Part shown: piece by piece, positions 32,090-35,116 of the stretch | Numbering within the stretch: position 1 is the stretch's first letter | Layout of the letters: every line of letters starts with the position of its first letter | Assembly: GCA_964646535.1 (NCBI GenBank) | Contig: CAZYDZ010000002.1 | Span: 520-35,635 of the forward strand | Length of the DNA stretch: 35,116 nt | Direction: 5' to 3' | DNA from: an uncultured Opitutaceae bacterium | Lineage (GTDB): Bacteria > Verrucomicrobiota > Verrucomicrobiia > Opitutales > UBA2995 | The notes under the pieces: model-generated | Database searches by the model: none | What the model saw: the letters and a program-made list of their open reading frames with translations, nothing else | Told to the model about the DNA's origin: nothing | Position numbers and translations under genes: made by a program

Positions 32090-33505
32090 CTATTCGGAAG
32101 CGAGAGAAAGAGTTTCAAAGCGGGTAATTTCACGAAGAAATGCCAGCGATACACTTCCTACTGGGCCATTGCGCTGTTTGGCAATGATTAATTCAGCGGA
32201 GTCTCCGATCACAGTAACTTCGTCATTTTTCAGATCTTTGCGGGCCTTGGAAAGCATCAGTACGATATCCGCATCCTGTTCGATGGATCCCGATTCGCGC
32301 AGATCGGAAAGGCGAGGCAGACGTTGGCCTTTTTCCGATTCGCGATTCAACTGGCTGAGTACAATCACAGGCAGCCCGAGTTCCTTGGCCATTCCCTTGA
32401 GGCCGCGCGAAATTTCTGCGATTTGTTGTTCGCGTGGTACCCGTGGATCACTGCCGGCGATCAACTGCAGGTAGTCGACAATAACCAGCCCCAGCTTGTG
32501 CTGCGCGTGCAGCCTGCGGGCTTTGGCGCGCAATTCCAGGATGGTCAGACTGCTGCTGTCGTCGATCAGCAGGGGTGCTTTGCTCAGGATGGACGCGCTT
32601 TTTTGTAGTGCAGCCATTCCCTTGGAGTCGAGAAAGCCGTCGCGCAGTTTGCCCATGCTGACTCTTGCGTTACTGCACAGCAGACGCATGGCCAGCTCCT
32701 CATGGCCCATTTCCAGGCTGAAAATGAGGGTGCGGACGGGCTCGGTATCCTGGCGCATGGGCACAACATTGTTTTCTGCAATGTTGAGGGCAAAACTGGT
32801 TTTCCCCATAGAAGGGCGGGCAGCCAAAATGATTAATTGGTTTTTCTGGAAACCAGAGGTCAATTTGTCCAATTCCTTATATCCGCTCGGAACCCCGGTC
32901 ACTGCGCCTTTGCGCGTCATGAATTGCTCGACGCGGAGCATGGCCTCCTTGACCGAGAAATCAATCTTGTGCATTTCACTGGCAGCCCGTTGATCGCTGA
33001 CTCGGAAAATCTCCTCTTCCACCTTCTCGACGAAGTGCTCAATGCCGTTTTCCTGTTTGTGACATTCCTCCACAATCCAGGAACAGGTGCGAATTAGTCG
33101 GCGCAGGGTCGCCTTCTCACAGACAATGTCCAGATAATGGCTGAAATGGGTCACCGTGGTGATCCTGTCCATCAACTGGTTAATGTAAGCAAGCCCACCT
33201 ACCGTTTCCAGGTGATCCTTCTCGCGCAGGGCATCAATCAGCAGCGTGGAGTCGACGGCCTGACGTTTGTTGTAAACCTCAGTCAGGGTTTCAAAGATGA
33301 CTTGATTGCGCCCCTGGTAAAACGAATCGGGAGCGACTTTTGCCTTCAGACAGTCATTGAGATAATCGCTTCCTTCCAGGATACAAATACCCAATAGCGC
33401 CTGTTCCGCCTCTTCGCTGTGAGGCGCGGACACACTGGACGGCAAAATGCCGGATAAATTGCCGGAATTAGCAGGTCTCCGCTGTTTCCTGGAAGACTCC
33501 GCCAT
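32090..33505 (-). CDS. dnaB: replicative DNA helicase DnaB
   Basis: PHSEEAEQALLGICILEG, Walker A AARPSMGKTSFALN, VIVDYLQLI and SQLNRESE. Full-length DnaB with no intein. Confidence 0.97.
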   Translation of the reverse strand: MAESSRKQRRPANSGNLSGILPSSVSAPHSEEAEQALLGICILEGSDYLNDCLKAKVAPDSFYQGRNQVIFETLTEVYNKRQAVDSTLLIDALREKDHLETVGGLAYINQLMDRITTVTHFSHYLDIVCEKATLRRLIRTCSWIVEECHKQENGIEHFVEKVEEEIFRVSDQRAASEMHKIDFSVKEAMLRVEQFMTRKGAVTGVPSGYKELDKLTSGFQKNQLIILAARPSMGKTSFALNIAENNVVPMRQDTEPVRTLIFSLEMGHEELAMRLLCSNARVSMGKLRDGFLDSKGMAALQKSASILSKAPLLIDDSSSLTILELRAKARRLHAQHKLGLVIVDYLQLIAGSDPRVPREQQIAEISRGLKGMAKELGLPVIVLSQLNRESEKGQRLPRLSDLRESGSIEQDADIVLMLSKARKDLKNDEVTVIGDSAELIIAKQRNGPVGSVSLAFLREITRFETLSLASE

Positions 33506-33513
33506 GGCCGGCT

Positions 33514-33987
33514 TCAGGCTTCCGTCTCTACGACGTTCTCAGAGACCACTTCGAACTCAATCTCGACGGAGATCTCAGAATGCAGGCGTATTTTGGCGGA
33601 ATGGGTACCCAGGGTTTTGGCAGGAGTAGCCAGGAGAATTCTCTTGCGCTCAACTTCCACGCCCTGTTCCAGCAGCTTTTCGTGAATATTCTGTGCGCTG
33701 ACAGAACCGAAAATACGACCGCCCTCACCGGATTTCACGGCGAACGCCAGGCGCAGGCCTGACAGTTTCTGTTCCAGCGTGCGGGCAGCATCCAATTCTT
33801 CGTGCTCGCGGCGCTCACGTGCCTGTTTTAACGACTCAATCTGCTTGCGATTGGCGCGCGTAACCGGGATTGCAACCTTAGTGGGGAACAGGAAATTACG
33901 AGCATAACCTGCGCGCACCTTGATCTCGTCGCCCTCGCTGCCGAGACCGTCCACATGTTTAAGAAGAAGAATTGCTGTCGTAGCCAT
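33514..33987 (-). CDS. rplI: 50S ribosomal protein L9
   Basis: ILLLKHVDGLGSEGDEIKVRAGYARNFLFP is the L9 N-terminal signature. About 157 aa, immediately upstream of dnaB. Confidence 0.9.
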   Translation of the reverse strand: MATTAILLLKHVDGLGSEGDEIKVRAGYARNFLFPTKVAIPVTRANRKQIESLKQARERREHEELDAARTLEQKLSGLRLAFAVKSGEGGRIFGSVSAQNIHEKLLEQGVEVERKRILLATPAKTLGTHSAKIRLHSEISVEIEFEVVSENVVETEA

Positions 33988-34013
33988 GATGATATCAGAA
34001 AAAATAAGATGGA

Positions 34014-34460
34014 TTAGAAGGGGACATCGTCGTCATCGGGGACATCCTGAACGTCTGCGGAGCTATTGGAAGACGTGCGGCGTGATGGTGCGGAGGACTC
34101 TGTCGCTTCGTAACCGTCACCGCCCTCGTTACGCCCCCCCATGAACTGGAACGCTTCCAAAATGACTTTCAGCTTGCTGCGTTTTTCCCCTTCCTTGCTC
34201 TCCCACTGATCCAGTTTCAGGCGCCCTTCGATGAAAACAGGACGTCCTTTGCTCAGGTATTTGCCAATAACTTCCGCCTGTTTGCCGAAGGCCTCGATAT
34301 CAACAAAAGTGGTTTCATCTACCGTATTCCCCTCCGCATTCCGGTAGTTGCGATTGACAGCCAGCCCGAACTGGGCGACCTGACTCCCTTTGGGAGTGGT
34401 GCGCACGTCAGGATCGCGGGTCAGATTGCCCATCAGAATGACTTTGTTGTATGATGCCAT
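34014..34460 (-). CDS. ssb: single-stranded DNA-binding protein
   Basis: MASYNKVILMGNLTRDPDVRTTPKGSQVAQFGLAVNR (OB fold), a Gly-rich linker, and the acidic tip DDDVPF. Start taken at ATG 34460. Confidence 0.95.
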   Translation of the reverse strand: MASYNKVILMGNLTRDPDVRTTPKGSQVAQFGLAVNRNYRNAEGNTVDETTFVDIEAFGKQAEVIGKYLSKGRPVFIEGRLKLDQWESKEGEKRSKLKVILEAFQFMGGRNEGGDGYEATESSAPSRRTSSNSSADVQDVPDDDDVPF

Positions 34461-34494
34461 AGCGTAATTTCCTTCCTCTTTGCGAATTGTGATC

Positions 34495-34806
34495 TCAGAC
34501 TGCCACCGCGGCGTCTGCAGAGAACACAATGACACGCTTTATGCGTTTGTCCAGACGCAGTTTTTCCTTCAGCTCGGAAGGTGTGGAGGGAGCGCCGGCA
34601 AAATCGAGCACCACGTAGTGCCCATTGGGCTCTTTGCGGTCGGTGACACGCACAAAATCGAGCCGTCCGAGAGAGTTTTCACCCGTCACTTCCGCATTAA
34701 GGCTCTTCAGTATCCCTTTCAGGTCTGAAGTCACTTCATTGGCAGACTCATTCTGGTTGCGCGTATTCAAGATAAATACGACCTGATAGTTACGTGTGTT
34801 AGACAT
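34495..34806 (-). CDS. rpsF: 30S ribosomal protein S6
   Basis: NYQVVFILN ... HYVVLDF pattern, about 103 aa, and the position directly upstream of ssb. Confidence 0.85.
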   Translation of the reverse strand: MSNTRNYQVVFILNTRNQNESANEVTSDLKGILKSLNAEVTGENSLGRLDFVRVTDRKEPNGHYVVLDFAGAPSTPSELKEKLRLDKRIKRVIVFSADAAVAV

Positions 34807-34818
34807 GGTGTTTGATTT

Positions 34819-35116
34819 TTATAATGTAAATTTCTTGTTGAATTGATTCATAGCCCGATCCGGGCCGTAATGGATGAGTGTTTGGGCGATTTCCTCCAGA
34901 CTGGGAAATAATTCCTGTATTGCGAGCCACTGTTGTGGGGGAAACTTTCCCAGCACATGGTCTGCCAGGTCCATTTCAGGGTGGGTCTTGCCACCGATGC
35001 CAATGCGCAGACGGATGAAATCCCCTTCTGTGTGTGCCAGCAGGCTGCGTATCCCGTTATGCCCGCCCTCGCTGCCGCCAACGGAGATTTTGTACCCGCC
35101 TACTGGCAGGGTGATG
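34819..35116 (-). CDS. pth: peptidyl-tRNA hydrolase, C-terminal part (the gene continues beyond the window)
   Basis: My own translation of the minus strand from 35115 gives ITLPVGGYKISVGGSEGGHNGIRSLLAHTEGDFIRLRIGIGGKTHPEMDLADHVLGKFPPQQ...NQFNKKFTL*, which carries the GGHNG(I/L)(R/K)S and RIGIG Pth motifs. Stop at 34819..34821. The listed 77-aa ORF at 34848..35081 is in the wrong frame. Confidence 0.85.
   Translation of the reverse strand, partial: ITLPVGGYKISVGGSEGGHNGIRSLLAHTEGDFIRLRIGIGGKTHPEMDLADHVLGKFPPQQWLAIQELFPSLEEIAQTLIHYGPDRAMNQFNKKFTL

Overview
This is a 35.1 kb chromosomal segment from a diderm bacterium. It is probably PVC superphylum / Verrucomicrobiota, judged from a prepilin-type FTLVELLVVVAIIGLLA protein with an H-X9-DG-like tail and from 'CCACAGAT' and 'GTAGGAGCGGCTTTACGCCGCGAC' intergenic repeats. 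I support about 35 CDS, mostly housekeeping genes of the kind that cluster near replication origins. These are dnaN, gnd, recA, mnmE, mnmG, an OmpR/HisKA two-component pair, trmB, and a tightly packed minus-strand block pth-rpsF-ssb-rplI-dnaB-bamA-skp-lpxD-prs. Accessory-looking genes sit between them: AraC regulators, a Gfo/Idh/MocA oxidoreductase, an orphan ABC ATPase, an SGNH hydrolase, an FAH-family protein, a pseudopilin-like protein, and a marR-ABM-truncated-hemoglobin operon. I saw no rRNA, tRNA, CRISPR array, transposase or integrase. The most unusual item is a single ORF (21153..22745, minus) with an E2-type lipoyl domain, an E3/E1-binding (PSBD) domain and a complete FabH/KAS III domain where the E2 acyltransferase core would normally be. 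Other points worth a second look are two near-consensus parS sites (12158..12173 and 13236..13251) and an AT-rich dnaN-gnd spacer with tandem DnaA-box-like 9-mers, which is an oriC candidate lacking an adjacent dnaA. There is also an orphan RelE/ParE-like ORF translationally coupled to pssA, and an overlapping pair of membrane-protein genes with SdpA/SdpB-like (HTTM-like) architecture. A mosaic family of intergenic repeats is present, and one copy supplies the last codons of pssA. Finally there is a tandem AraC duplication whose upstream copy has lost its second HTH, and an rpsF-ssb-rplI operon without rpsR. All functional calls come from reading the translations for motifs; no database search was possible.
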